DNA from: Piromyces finnis finn
Taxonomy: Eukaryota > Fungi > Neocallimastigomycota
Assembly (NCBI GenBank): GCA_002104945.1
Contig: MCFH01000011.1
Coordinates: forward strand, 434,001-498,000
Direction: 5' to 3'
DNA: 64,000 nt
The notes under the pieces were generated by a model. That model did no database searches and had not been told where the DNA came from. It saw only the letters and a program-made list of their open reading frames with translations. Both the position numbers and the translations under genes were made by a program. How positions within the stretch are numbered: the first letter of the stretch is position 1; the number at the start of each line of letters is the position of its first letter. Positions 1-10,700 of this stretch are shown piece by piece.

Positions 1-651
1 GATTTTAACTCTTTTTTTTTTTTACCCCTTATTTTTATTTAATATACTTTATTATCTTTAACCGATATTATTCTTTTAGAATGGACAATATTCTATTTTA
101 CTGCAATTCATAAACGAATTATTAAATTCATATATTTTTTTTTAACACCTTCATAATAATAAACGTTAAAATTAATTTTATTCTTTTATTTTTTTTTTTT
201 TTTTGGATTTTAATCTTGATTTTTTTTTTTTTATATAAACAATTAAGAAAAAAAAAAAAAAAAAGAAAAAGAAAGTTAACAATAAAAATAATAATAATAA
301 TAATAATTATATTATTATTTATTTTAATTATTTTTCTAAAATATAACATTATATATATATATATATATATACAATTATGTAAATTTATTTTTAATTCATA
401 TAAACATATTATTGGTATATAAGTTAAAAGTAATAAAATACAAAAAAAAAAAATTGTAATAATAATAAAAAAGAATTTTATCATTTAACTTTTTTTTTCC
501 TTTTTTTTTTTAAATAATAATTAACAACAATAGTTTTTTTTTAAAAAAAAAAAAAAAAAAAAAAATTATATATATTTGGGAATTAGTATCATTGAATTCT
601 GTAAAATTATATACTTAAATTATCATATATTTTTCTAAAAAAATTTTATAT

Positions 652-1827
652 TCATTGAATAGAATTATAATTAAATTTTGTATTTTCGATATATTGACCG
701 ATGAAAGATTTATTTTTTTGAAAATGTGAGTTATCTTGTGAATTTGAGCATTTAAAAACATTAGTGAAAGATGGCATATTTATAGAATGGCAAGAAGAAG
801 TAGTTGATTTAATATCATTCTCTATAAATGGAATAGCATTGGATTGAGGAGGTGATGAAGTAGTTTCATTAATTGAAACAAATGAACTAATGGATGATAG
901 TTTTACTTCTTTGTTTTTATCTGCATAAATTCGAAGTAATATTTGATCCATATACATAACATAATAATTAATGTATGAAAAGGAATAACGATATTCAAGC
1001 ATAATGGTATAAATACTTTCAAACTGAGAACCAAATATATAAAAGACAATGGTTACTGGGATGATAATTAAGGATAAAATAACAGAAATAATGATACGAT
1101 ATTCTGAAGTTTGTTTTAATTTTTCAAAGAAATTATTTTTCATTAATACCTTATTATCCTTATATTTTTTAAAAAGGTTTTTCCTTAGATAATAAATTAG
1201 CATGACATCGTATATAACGCTTACTATTTGAATGACCAATGAATTGGCAATTGTATACGCCATTAACGATTTGATTCTTTCAAAATCTTCTTTATCATCC
1301 TTAAATCTTGGTCTAAAAAATATGGGTACCAAAAAACAACATGCTTTTGTTAAGTTGAAAAAGATACATGTAATGTATAATTGTAGTATCCGTTCATGAC
1401 AAAGTATAGCTTTTGTTCTTAATAAAAAATACCAATCACCAATAATTTCAGAAGTAAAACAAAGCATGGGAGATAACACAAAAAACAAATACCACATTCT
1501 TTCAGTATATGCATCTATATTATCCTTATTTTCTACGAGCATTAAATTGATAATATTACTTAATGAGTAATTACTGGAATGGAAAAACCAAAACCCAATT
1601 AATATATAAATAATTGGTTTATTCCATTTATTTCTATTAATCAATAGCACTAATAATAACCAAGGAAAAAATGGATTGTTAATGTATGAAACTAATGTAT
1701 TTTCTTTATGAATATGTGTATCTGCAAATGTCGAATAACTGGTGAAAAAAGTAAAATTAGATAAATACATTTCGTCATGTCGACTGAATTGAATAAGTTT
1801 TTCTGAAAAATCGAATGGAATATTCAT
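652..1827 (-). CDS. Intronless seven-transmembrane (GPCR-like) membrane protein, 391 aa
   Basis: Single ORF with about 7 hydrophobic segments (PFFPWLLLVLLI; PIIYILIGFWFF; WYLFFVLSPMLCFTSEIIGDWY; ILQLYITCIFF; YTIANSLVIQIVSVIYDVMLIYY; IIISVILSLIIIPVTIVFYIF; YINYYVMYMDQILL) and a Ser/Asn-rich C-terminal tail. Confidence 0.7.
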   Translation of the reverse strand: MNIPFDFSEKLIQFSRHDEMYLSNFTFFTSYSTFADTHIHKENTLVSYINNPFFPWLLLVLLINRNKWNKPIIYILIGFWFFHSSNYSLSNIINLMLVENKDNIDAYTERMWYLFFVLSPMLCFTSEIIGDWYFLLRTKAILCHERILQLYITCIFFNLTKACCFLVPIFFRPRFKDDKEDFERIKSLMAYTIANSLVIQIVSVIYDVMLIYYLRKNLFKKYKDNKVLMKNNFFEKLKQTSEYRIIISVILSLIIIPVTIVFYIFGSQFESIYTIMLEYRYSFSYINYYVMYMDQILLRIYADKNKEVKLSSISSFVSINETTSSPPQSNAIPFIENDIKSTTSSCHSINMPSFTNVFKCSNSQDNSHFQKNKSFIGQYIENTKFNYNSIQ

Positions 1828-2390
1828 TTTGTAATTTTTTAATTTTAATTATTTTTTTTAAAAAAAAAACCTTTTCTTTTTTTACTATTTTTTTTGTTGT
1901 TGTTGCTGTTATTGTTGTTGTTAGGAATTAATGGCCTATATATAGCAATGTTTAATACATATATCTGTACAGTGTTGTATTATTATTATTATTTTAATAT
2001 TTGTAAAATATACACTTTAAATTATTTTTTAATTAAATTTATTATTATTAAATAAATATATATATATTTATTGTATTGTATTATTATATTTAAGTTGTAA
2101 TTTTTTTTTTTTTTTAATTTGATTTTTATACATATCCAATATTTTAAAGTTTTTTTTATTTTGTAATTATTTACAATTGATAAAATAAAAAATTAATAAA
2201 AAAATAGTTTATCGTTATGTAGTAGTTAATTTTAGGGAAACTTTATTAATTTTAACATATTACTCTTAATCCCATTAATTTTATCCTCATACACCTTTTT
2301 TTTAAAAGAAAAAAAAAAAAAAAAAGAAGATAGAAATAATAATAATAATAATAATAAATAAAGAATTTTTTTTTTCTTATTCTTCTTTTT

Positions 2391-2421
<31 letters not shown>

Positions 2422-2579
2422 GTGCTTATTGTTTATTTTTTTTTGTGATGAAAAAAAAAATGGCAAAAACTTTTTTTATTTATATATTTTTTCTTTTATT
2501 TACCAATCATCAAAAATATTTTACATTTAGGAAGATGTAACACAAAAAAAATTTTTTAAAATTATTACATATTTAATTT

Positions 2580-2838
2580 TATTAACAACCAAAAGAATTA
2601 AATTAAATTTATATTATTAATTTATTACATTGTTCTACAAACCCATCAATTTATGTATTTGTATTAATTTAATGTATTTGTATTCAATATTTAGTGGTCT
2701 AGAATCAAGCCACAAATTGTATATAAGAAAGAAATTTTTTTTTTGTATTTTAAATTTTCATAGCTATCATATATTAATAATTTTAATATATTAATAAACT
2801 TTAAATATTATAAAACAAAATATAATATACAGTTTATA
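2580..2838 (+). repeat. 5' LTR (259 bp, TATTAAC...GTTTATA)
   Basis: Identical by eye to 7457-7715; imperfect terminal inverted repeat TATTAAC/TATAAAC. Confidence 0.95.
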
Positions 2839-2852
2839 GATTAAGAGTCTCA
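2839..2852 (+). other. Primer-binding site complementary to the anticodon arm of tRNA-Lys(CUU)
   Basis: GATTAAGAGTCTCA directly abuts the LTR. Its reverse complement TGAGACTCTTAATC matches the recalled eukaryotic tRNA-Lys(CUU) anticodon stem-loop, and there is no TGG start. Confidence 0.75.
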
Positions 2853-2868
2853 ACTTACTGAAAAGGAA

Positions 2869-5379
2869 ATGTTTTCCGAAAACCAATTATCCCAAAGCGA
2901 CCGCTTGAACAAGAACAACTATGATGAATGGCAGTTCCTCATCGGCAACATCCTGAAGTCCAAGAAGATTTTTATCTACGCAAAGGAAGATGTTATAAGC
3001 TCCTTACGTGCGAAGGTCGAAGAATCAAAGCACAAGAACGGAGGAGTAGCCGAGAAAAATCTCTTAACGGAACTAGAAGATGCAGAAGCACAAGATGCTT
3101 TAGCTGCATCAATCATCAGCACCAATGTGTCCAGAGAATGCCTGGAACACATTAAAACCCTTGATACTGCATTTGAGATAATGCAAAAGTTGAAAACACT
3201 TTATCAAGGTAGTGAATCATCTGATATCCAACATTGGATGAAGAAGCTTTATTCCTTAAAGGCCAAAAGTCTAACTGATTGTAAGGATGTGCTCCACCAA
3301 ATCAGTGAAATATTCTCCGTGTTGGAATCCAATAATTCTAACTTAGGAGACTGGGAAAAAACAAGGATTATTTATTATTCCTTGCCTCAATGTATGAGAA
3401 CCCAGATACACCCTGATGGAACGAAGAAGATTAAGGATTTTTTAACTGAAGTCAATAACAAAGTTAATTTCCAAATCTACCTCCAAAAGAATATCAAATA
3501 CAATCAGTCGATTATCAACAACGAACAAGATGACTTGATGGACATTGACTTTGTAGGCCGAAGAAGCAAGAATGATTCCTCAAATCAATATTCCTCCAAA
3601 GCCAACCAGCAAGGTAACCAGAAACAATTATTATGCGCTATCTGCGGTAGGCACGGTCATAAACTCGAAGATTGTGAATATAATTTATTCACAAAGAAAA
3701 ACAAAGGAAAGAAGCCCACCGAACAAACTTCCAAGTCTTCCAAACCAAAGAAATCGAAGAACAACAAAGCTAAAAACGAAAATATTAAAAAGGGAAAATC
3801 TATATCTAATATCGAGTACGACACCGAAGAAGACTCAGGGGAAATCTCTTTCGATGAAATAAGAGCTATGTATCCAAACAATATGGATAGCATAGAAACC
3901 ATAAAACCTGAGGAAGTAATGGAGGAAAAGGAAACCAATGTTTCCACAATTAAGTCCATTCAAAACTGTGAAATCGCCGACCACACAGTATGGACTTATG
4001 ATACAGGTGCATCAGAACATATCACCTGTAATAAAGGAATTCTTAAAAACTATAAGGAGAATTCCATTACCATGAAATGTGCCAATAATTCAGTCTGTGA
4101 ATTCGAAGGAGTAGGCACATATGATGGAACAATCAATGGTTTTGAAGTACATCTTGATAACGTGTACTATTCAAAACAAATCAATAAAAATCTTCTCAGT
4201 GGTACCAAGCTCGTTAGAAATGGAATATTTTGTTATCTCAGCTCCCAAGATAACACACCTATTCTCAGTTTAAACTACCACGACAACAAGAAGAATAAAC
4301 AGTTCAATATTGGAAAATACACAGCCAACGAAAATAATATCTTCAACATTCCAATAATGAACAATACTAAAAAGGATCTTTCAATTGATACATTGGATGC
4401 TGTATCAGGAAAAGACGAAAACAGGATGTTGTGGCACAGAAGACTTGGACACTTCTACTTCAATGACATCAATAAGTATGTCAAGCTACACAATGAGTCG
4501 GCACCATCATGCATGGACTGCAGAATTGCAAAACTTAACAAGAAACCCAATAATGGAATTACACCCAAAGCAAAAGATATACTTGAAATAATCCATGCAG
4601 ATGTTATTGGGCCAGTCAAAACATCGTATACTGGCAAGAAATACATCCTATCACTTATCGATGTATTCTCAAGAAAATGTTGGGTATATCTCACGGAATC
4701 CAAATCTGAAATTCCCTCATCAGTTATAAACTTCTTTAAATTCGTTTTAAACCAATATAATAAAAATATTAAAGTGTTCAAAACAGATCAAGGCAAGGAA
4801 TTCAATAATAAATTAATTAACCAATTCTGCGAAGAACATGGGATTTTAAAGTCTTTCTCACCTCCATACAATCCAGCCAACAATGGCATGATCGAAAGAT
4901 ATAATTATACTTTAGTAAGTTGTGCTAAAACACTTTTACTATGGAGCAAATTAAATAATGACTTTTGGGACTTTGCGGTTATGCACGCAAACTTTATTTA
5001 TAACAAAATTCCACACAGCGGTATAGGATTCCAAATTCCAGATGAAGTATTTTTCAACAATAAGGTTGATCTCCGATATGTCAAGGTTTTTGGATGCGCA
5101 GCTTATTTCAAGGTCAATAAACAAAACAGAAGTAAGTTCCAAAGCAACTCCAAAATGGGGATCTTTATTGGATTCAACGAAAAATCACACTGCTACAATA
5201 TCCTTGATCCAGAAACACAAAATATTCATCAAGTACGTGAAGTGGTTTTTGATGAAGCTACACCAGGAGGGGAAATTTTCAAGCAAATAACTAAAGGAGA
5301 CAATAATACAATATCACACTTTTACCTTCACAACTTGAACTCCTACAACTCTTCCCTTCCCCGCGGTCCAGAGGACTAG
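2869..5379 (+). CDS. gag-pol: Copia ORF1: Gag, aspartic protease, integrase (836 aa)
   Basis: Gag LNKNNYDEW; zinc knuckle CAICGRHGHKLEDC; protease YDTGASEH; LWHRRLGH...CMDC zinc-binding motif; integrase core HADVIGP / DVFSR / TDQGKEF / NGMIERYN. Confidence 0.95.
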   Translation: MFSENQLSQSDRLNKNNYDEWQFLIGNILKSKKIFIYAKEDVISSLRAKVEESKHKNGGVAEKNLLTELEDAEAQDALAASIISTNVSRECLEHIKTLDTAFEIMQKLKTLYQGSESSDIQHWMKKLYSLKAKSLTDCKDVLHQISEIFSVLESNNSNLGDWEKTRIIYYSLPQCMRTQIHPDGTKKIKDFLTEVNNKVNFQIYLQKNIKYNQSIINNEQDDLMDIDFVGRRSKNDSSNQYSSKANQQGNQKQLLCAICGRHGHKLEDCEYNLFTKKNKGKKPTEQTSKSSKPKKSKNNKAKNENIKKGKSISNIEYDTEEDSGEISFDEIRAMYPNNMDSIETIKPEEVMEEKETNVSTIKSIQNCEIADHTVWTYDTGASEHITCNKGILKNYKENSITMKCANNSVCEFEGVGTYDGTINGFEVHLDNVYYSKQINKNLLSGTKLVRNGIFCYLSSQDNTPILSLNYHDNKKNKQFNIGKYTANENNIFNIPIMNNTKKDLSIDTLDAVSGKDENRMLWHRRLGHFYFNDINKYVKLHNESAPSCMDCRIAKLNKKPNNGITPKAKDILEIIHADVIGPVKTSYTGKKYILSLIDVFSRKCWVYLTESKSEIPSSVINFFKFVLNQYNKNIKVFKTDQGKEFNNKLINQFCEEHGILKSFSPPYNPANNGMIERYNYTLVSCAKTLLLWSKLNNDFWDFAVMHANFIYNKIPHSGIGFQIPDEVFFNNKVDLRYVKVFGCAAYFKVNKQNRSKFQSNSKMGIFIGFNEKSHCYNILDPETQNIHQVREVVFDEATPGGEIFKQITKGDNNTISHFYLHNLNSYNSSLPRGPED

Positions 5380-5456
5380 GGGATCTCGGTGAAGCCCCAG
5401 TCAATGCCAAGACTTCCATAAATGGAAGTAGCAGCGCCACCACCACCACAGGAAAT

Positions 5457-7436
5457 ATGACTACTAATACCAAAACTACTATTACCAGTAAGAAGGATTG
5501 TTCAAATAATTATTCAAAGTTCATTCCTATAAATGAATCTGACAATGAAATTGAGGAACTAACCTCTGATTTTAGTTCTTTTTCCCTCAACGAATCGGAT
5601 TATCCTGATTCACACTCAACATTTTCATTGAAAAATTCAACCATTTCCAAAAGAAAATCCTCTTCTTCCAATAACCCTTATTTTAAAAGAATGAATAATG
5701 GTCAATATTTTCCAAATCCAGCTTTTAAACGTAAATTTTCTAAGGATGACTCTTCTATTTATCAAAAAAAATCTAAAACCGATTTATTTGTTACTCCATC
5801 AAAAAGAAGATTCTCTGATCCCGACTTATTCTCTCTTAAGAAAAGGATTCTACTTGATGATGTTTCTAAAAATTCTTTGAAAACTTCTGATAACCCTTCC
5901 ATAAATATTATCACCGATAGTCCCCTTACCTATAAACAAGCTATTTCTGGGAAAAACAAAAAGGAATGGGTTGGGGCTATTAATAATGAATTAGATAATC
6001 TTTACTCTAACAATATTATGGAAGTTGTCAAAAGTGTGCCATATGGTAAAACCCCCATATCTACAAAATGGGTTTTTACTATTAAAAAAGATGCCTTTGG
6101 CCGTATCGATAAATACAAGGCTCGCCTAGTTGCCAGAGGTTTTACCCAAAAACTTGGCATAGATTACGAATTGACGTTTTCTCCTACTCTTAGTATTGAT
6201 AGCCTAAAACTTCTAATTGCCTTAGCTTCTAAGTTTAAATGGAACATTATGCAACTCGATATCAAGGCTGCATATCTAAACGCTCCTCTCGACTTTGCCA
6301 TCTATACACACATTCCCCAAGGTGATCGCAACTATGGCAAAGGATACTGGAAACTAAATAAGGCACTCTATGGCCTTAAACAATCTGGCCGTCAATGGAA
6401 CAATACTTTTTCTTCTTTTCTATTAAATAACAAGTTTCTACAATTATCGTCAGAACCTTGTATATTTATAAAAAAGGCTGGTAGTAGACCTCCTTCATGT
6501 ATAATCGGGTTATATGTTGATGATTTAATCATCACAGGTATCGATAAAGAAATAAAATGGATTGTCCGAAAAATCAAATCAAAATTCAAAATCTCAAAAT
6601 GCAACCCAATCGATTATATTTTAGGTATAAAAGTAGAAAAAGAAAATTTTAGCTACCATATATCCCAAGAAAATTTCATAAAGGAAATATTAAGAAAATT
6701 CAATATTAACAAAACAAGAAAATCCAGAACTCCATGCACCGGAGAAAACTTCAAGAATCAAAATAATACGCCATTCAACAAAACAACCTATAAAAGCGCG
6801 GTTGGTTCCCTAATTTACCTTTCAAAATGCACTAGACCGGACATTTCATATGCAGTAAATAAGGCTGCTAGATACTCCGAAAACCCAACTGCAACCAATT
6901 GGAAGAGTGTTACAAATATTTTAAAATATTTAAACGCTACAAGCCAATACAAAATTTGCTACGACGGAAAGGGTTCAATACAAGCCTATACAGATTCCGA
7001 TTTTGGCGGTGATACATCTGATAGAAAATCAACTTCAGGATGTATCATTTTAATGGGAAAAGGTCCCATATTATGGCAATCTAAAAAACAAACAACGGTT
7101 GCCACTTCGACTGCAGAAGCTGAATATGTAAGCACAGCCGAATGCACAAAGAAAGTTCTTTGGGTTAGAAATATTCTCAAAGAAATTTTCAATTATAACA
7201 AACCAATTACCATTTTCACTGATAATTTGTCAAGCAAAACAGCAATTGAAAATGGTCACTTAAATTCAAAATTAAAACATATTGATATAAAATATCATTT
7301 TAACAAAGATAATATAAAAAACAAAAAGATAATTCTTGAATACATTCACACTACTAAAATGCTAGCTGATGCATTAACCAAAGATGTGAACGGTCCAAAA
7401 ATGGATAACTTTACAAACCAAATATTTAATAAATGA
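5457..7436 (+). CDS. pol: Copia ORF2: reverse transcriptase and RNase H (659 aa from first ATG; frame open from 5307)
   Basis: YKARLVARGF, QLDIKAAYLNA, LYGLKQSGRQW, LYVDD; RNase H YTDSDF, STAEAEY, KHIDIKYHF, ADALTK. Confidence 0.95.
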   Translation: MTTNTKTTITSKKDCSNNYSKFIPINESDNEIEELTSDFSSFSLNESDYPDSHSTFSLKNSTISKRKSSSSNNPYFKRMNNGQYFPNPAFKRKFSKDDSSIYQKKSKTDLFVTPSKRRFSDPDLFSLKKRILLDDVSKNSLKTSDNPSINIITDSPLTYKQAISGKNKKEWVGAINNELDNLYSNNIMEVVKSVPYGKTPISTKWVFTIKKDAFGRIDKYKARLVARGFTQKLGIDYELTFSPTLSIDSLKLLIALASKFKWNIMQLDIKAAYLNAPLDFAIYTHIPQGDRNYGKGYWKLNKALYGLKQSGRQWNNTFSSFLLNNKFLQLSSEPCIFIKKAGSRPPSCIIGLYVDDLIITGIDKEIKWIVRKIKSKFKISKCNPIDYILGIKVEKENFSYHISQENFIKEILRKFNINKTRKSRTPCTGENFKNQNNTPFNKTTYKSAVGSLIYLSKCTRPDISYAVNKAARYSENPTATNWKSVTNILKYLNATSQYKICYDGKGSIQAYTDSDFGGDTSDRKSTSGCIILMGKGPILWQSKKQTTVATSTAEAEYVSTAECTKKVLWVRNILKEIFNYNKPITIFTDNLSSKTAIENGHLNSKLKHIDIKYHFNKDNIKNKKIILEYIHTTKMLADALTKDVNGPKMDNFTNQIFNK

Positions 7437-7447
7437 AATATTGGTTT

Positions 7448-7455
7448 GAGGAGGA
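7448..7455 (+). other. Polypurine tract (plus-strand primer)
   Basis: GAGGAGGA lies one base before the 3' LTR start. Confidence 0.8.
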
Positions 7456-7456
7456 C

Positions 7457-7715
7457 TATTAACAACCAAAAGAATTAAATTAAATTTATATTATTAATTT
7501 ATTACATTGTTCTACAAACCCATCAATTTATGTATTTGTATTAATTTAATGTATTTGTATTCAATATTTAGTGGTCTAGAATCAAGCCACAAATTGTATA
7601 TAAGAAAGAAATTTTTTTTTTGTATTTTAAATTTTCATAGCTATCATATATTAATAATTTTAATATATTAATAAACTTTAAATATTATAAAACAAAATAT
7701 AATATACAGTTTATA
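7457..7715 (+). repeat. 3' LTR (259 bp)
   Basis: Identical by eye to the 5' LTR and followed by TSD AATTT. Confidence 0.95.
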
Positions 7716-10700
7716 AATTTGACCCAAAAATTATTAATGTTAAATTTTTAATATATTTTTGGCGAATCATCATAAAAATAGAATCATCAATTTTTAAATT
7801 TAATGAGAATAAATTAAATATTTTATTAAAATATTATTTAATTAGATTTCTAGATTAATTTTCCAAAATTGAACAGAATAAGAAATTATAAACTAATTAA
7901 TTGATACTAGAATTATATTTTATTTATTATAACCTTTTATTATTACAAGAATTTTCATTTTCTTTTAATATCTTTATAGGATTACTTTATTTTAATTATA
8001 AAATAATTGTGATATTAATATCATTATACCCTTTTATTTAATTAGACAAGTTTTTTTTCTTTTAATAAAGTTTACTGTGTGTATAATTACAATTTTACTA
8101 ATTAAGAAATGATTTCCATAAAAATATTTTAATTTAGCTAAACACAGAAATTATTTTAATTTTATTTTAATTTTTAGTCATTATCATTCAATAATTTAAA
8201 ATAATAATATATTAATAAATTGTATTAAATAAAATTTAATAGTATGAAATAAGAAGAAAAAGAAAGCGAAAGCCTTATTAGAGTATGAATTGTTAGAATG
8301 AAATAACATTTAACTAGTTGCATTTATTATAATCTTAACCAAATAAAAAAGAATATTTAAAATAAAATTAAATGTTACTGTTTTGATTATTAAAATAGTA
8401 TTAATAAAAGTAGTTAATAAGATTAATTTTTTTTTGTTGTTTGTTTGTTTGTTTATTTTAAATATTCTGGATTTTACCAAAAATATTTTTTTGTGATCAC
8501 TTTTACAAAAAGAATAAAAAATGGAAAAGGCAAAATGTTTTACAGTGAAATTTAAAAATCTTTATTATACTCATCTCTATAAAAAAAAAGATCCTAGAAC
8601 AAGTAAAAATAAAAAAAAAGAACTTTTTCCTCTTTTTTCTTTTTTCTTTAATCTTGTTAACTCTTTATTTTTAAGTGAAAATAAATAACTCTTAAAAACA
8701 AACTCTTCAATTTTTATAATAAATAAGCTTTTTTATTTTAAAAAAAAGAATGAATAAACTTTAATGATTATCATTTTTATTAATATAAATAAATTTTATT
8801 AATAAATTATTATTCCAATTTATGGGTTAAATTAAAAAAAAAAAGTCTATTTATTATAAAAAAAGAAAGAAATAGTTTAAAGTATTTTGAAGGAATATTT
8901 CTTTTTTTTTTTTTCAACATTTTCTATAATAAATCTTCATAATTAAATGTCTATATTTTTTATTTTTATTTTTATTTTTATTTTTATTTTTTATAAAAAA
9001 ATAGAGAAATAATGAATAGTTTTTTTTTTTATTAATGAATATTATGAATATCATTTAATTTTTACCTATGTAAATTTCTTAATTCTTTTGTTTTTTTTTA
9101 AAATTTGAAAATTGTACTACCTGAAATTTTACAATAATAAAAATTGTACTACCAAGTCTTTTATATAGCTCTTTAAAAAAAATATAAAAATTTTTTTTTT
9201 TTTTTACAAGAAAGAATAATAAAATATTAATGTTATCGTTGTTATAATTAGTTTATTTTCTTTTTTATTTTAAAATCGGTACTATGGAGTAACTATGGGG
9301 TATTTTATCTTTTATTTTAAAAATTCTTCTTAAATTTTAAACAATAAATTAGTTTTTTTTCTAATAAAAATTAATCTATTATTCTTGATGAAATAATAAT
9401 ATATTACTTTTTTTTTTTTTCGCTCTTAAAAAATACACTTTATTTTATTAAATACTTTTATATAATATATATATACAAAAACCATCCTACCGATCTTTTG
9501 TTCTTTTTATTTATTATAAACAACATGATTTTCTTTTTTTTTCCAAAGAGATAATTATTTAATGTTATAATTAATATATATTAAAAACTTACTTTATAAT
9601 ATCAATTTTTTTTTTTTTTTTTTTTTTGGATTAAACTAATGTTAATAACAAAATAAATTATTTCCATATTTTTATTAAATTAATATAATAGTTTATCTTA
9701 TAAACTAATCCCTATAGTATTTTTATCATTTGTTTGTTTTCACTATTTAATACCAATTCTCTTGGTAAAAATTACTAAATAATTCTAATAAAGAAGTATA
9801 TCTTATCTACCCCTTGGAATTAGGTTGTTATTCTACATTACATTTAAATGAATCATAGTTTATTACACTAAGAATCATTTTCATTATTGCTAGACTAAAT
9901 CCACTAGTTCATATCATTTCTAAGTTTATCTTCTCTAACTGAAATAATTCCATTTAGATTATTGATGTCCCAGAGAATTTATTTTGAGATTGTTTTTTTT
10001 TCTATACTTGAGAAAAAGACTTTCCATTAATCATGATGATAATTATCAAAAATCAATCATTGAATCAAATCCCATATCCAATAGAATAATAAAGTTAAAA
10101 GAATAGGTCTTCTTAAGGTAACTGATTGTCATCAATAAAAACTAAAATCAAATCCAAATCAATATTACTATAGTAGCAATATCTTTCATATATTATTAAT
10201 TTATCCTTCAAGATATTTAGTCCACTACTAAAATCAATAGAATTTGATTTTACTATGACATGACATGATCCTTCAAGTATTTAATTAAAAAATAAAATAA
10301 TGTAATACCTCATCTTTCTATTTCCACTCCTTCCCCCCAAAAAAGGAATATAATATCTTTTTTTTTTTTTCTTTAAAAAAAAAACACAAGAATAATTAGA
10401 ATCATACACACCATACTAATAGGTTACTACTATAGGATTATTCATCATAATCAAATGATTATTTAAATAAAAGAATCCGAATTATTATTTTTATTAATAG
10501 TAGTATTAGTATTAGCATTAGGACACACTAATAATATATGAATTATAAATAATTTAAAAAACTATAAAGTGGATTTATTCTTTTTAAAACATGATATATA
10601 TTTTAAAAAAAGGAGAGGATAACAATACTTTATAAAAATATTTATGGTTTATTAATTATTTTTTATAATAGTTATTAAAATTAATTATTTATTCTTGAAT

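Larger units (their letters stand above)
2580..7715 (+). mobile_element. Full-length Ty1/copia LTR retrotransposon (5136 bp)
   Basis: Two 259-bp direct repeats, 5-bp TSD AATTT (2575-2579 and 7716-7720), PBS, PPT, and copia domain order gag-PR-IN-RT-RNaseH. Confidence 0.97.

Noticed and set aside
128-484. ORFs 128-484 (-) and 216-422 (+)
   Set aside because: Translations are poly-I/K/F/Y from homopolymers and AT microsatellites, with no coding composition.
5340-5360. Canonical -1 slippery heptamer before the hairpin
   Set aside because: No X XXY YYZ sequence in the ORF1 frame, so programmed frameshifting is not demonstrated.
2928-7192. Short overlapping or antisense ORFs inside the copia element
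   Set aside because: Shadow frames of gag-pol with no recognisable motifs.
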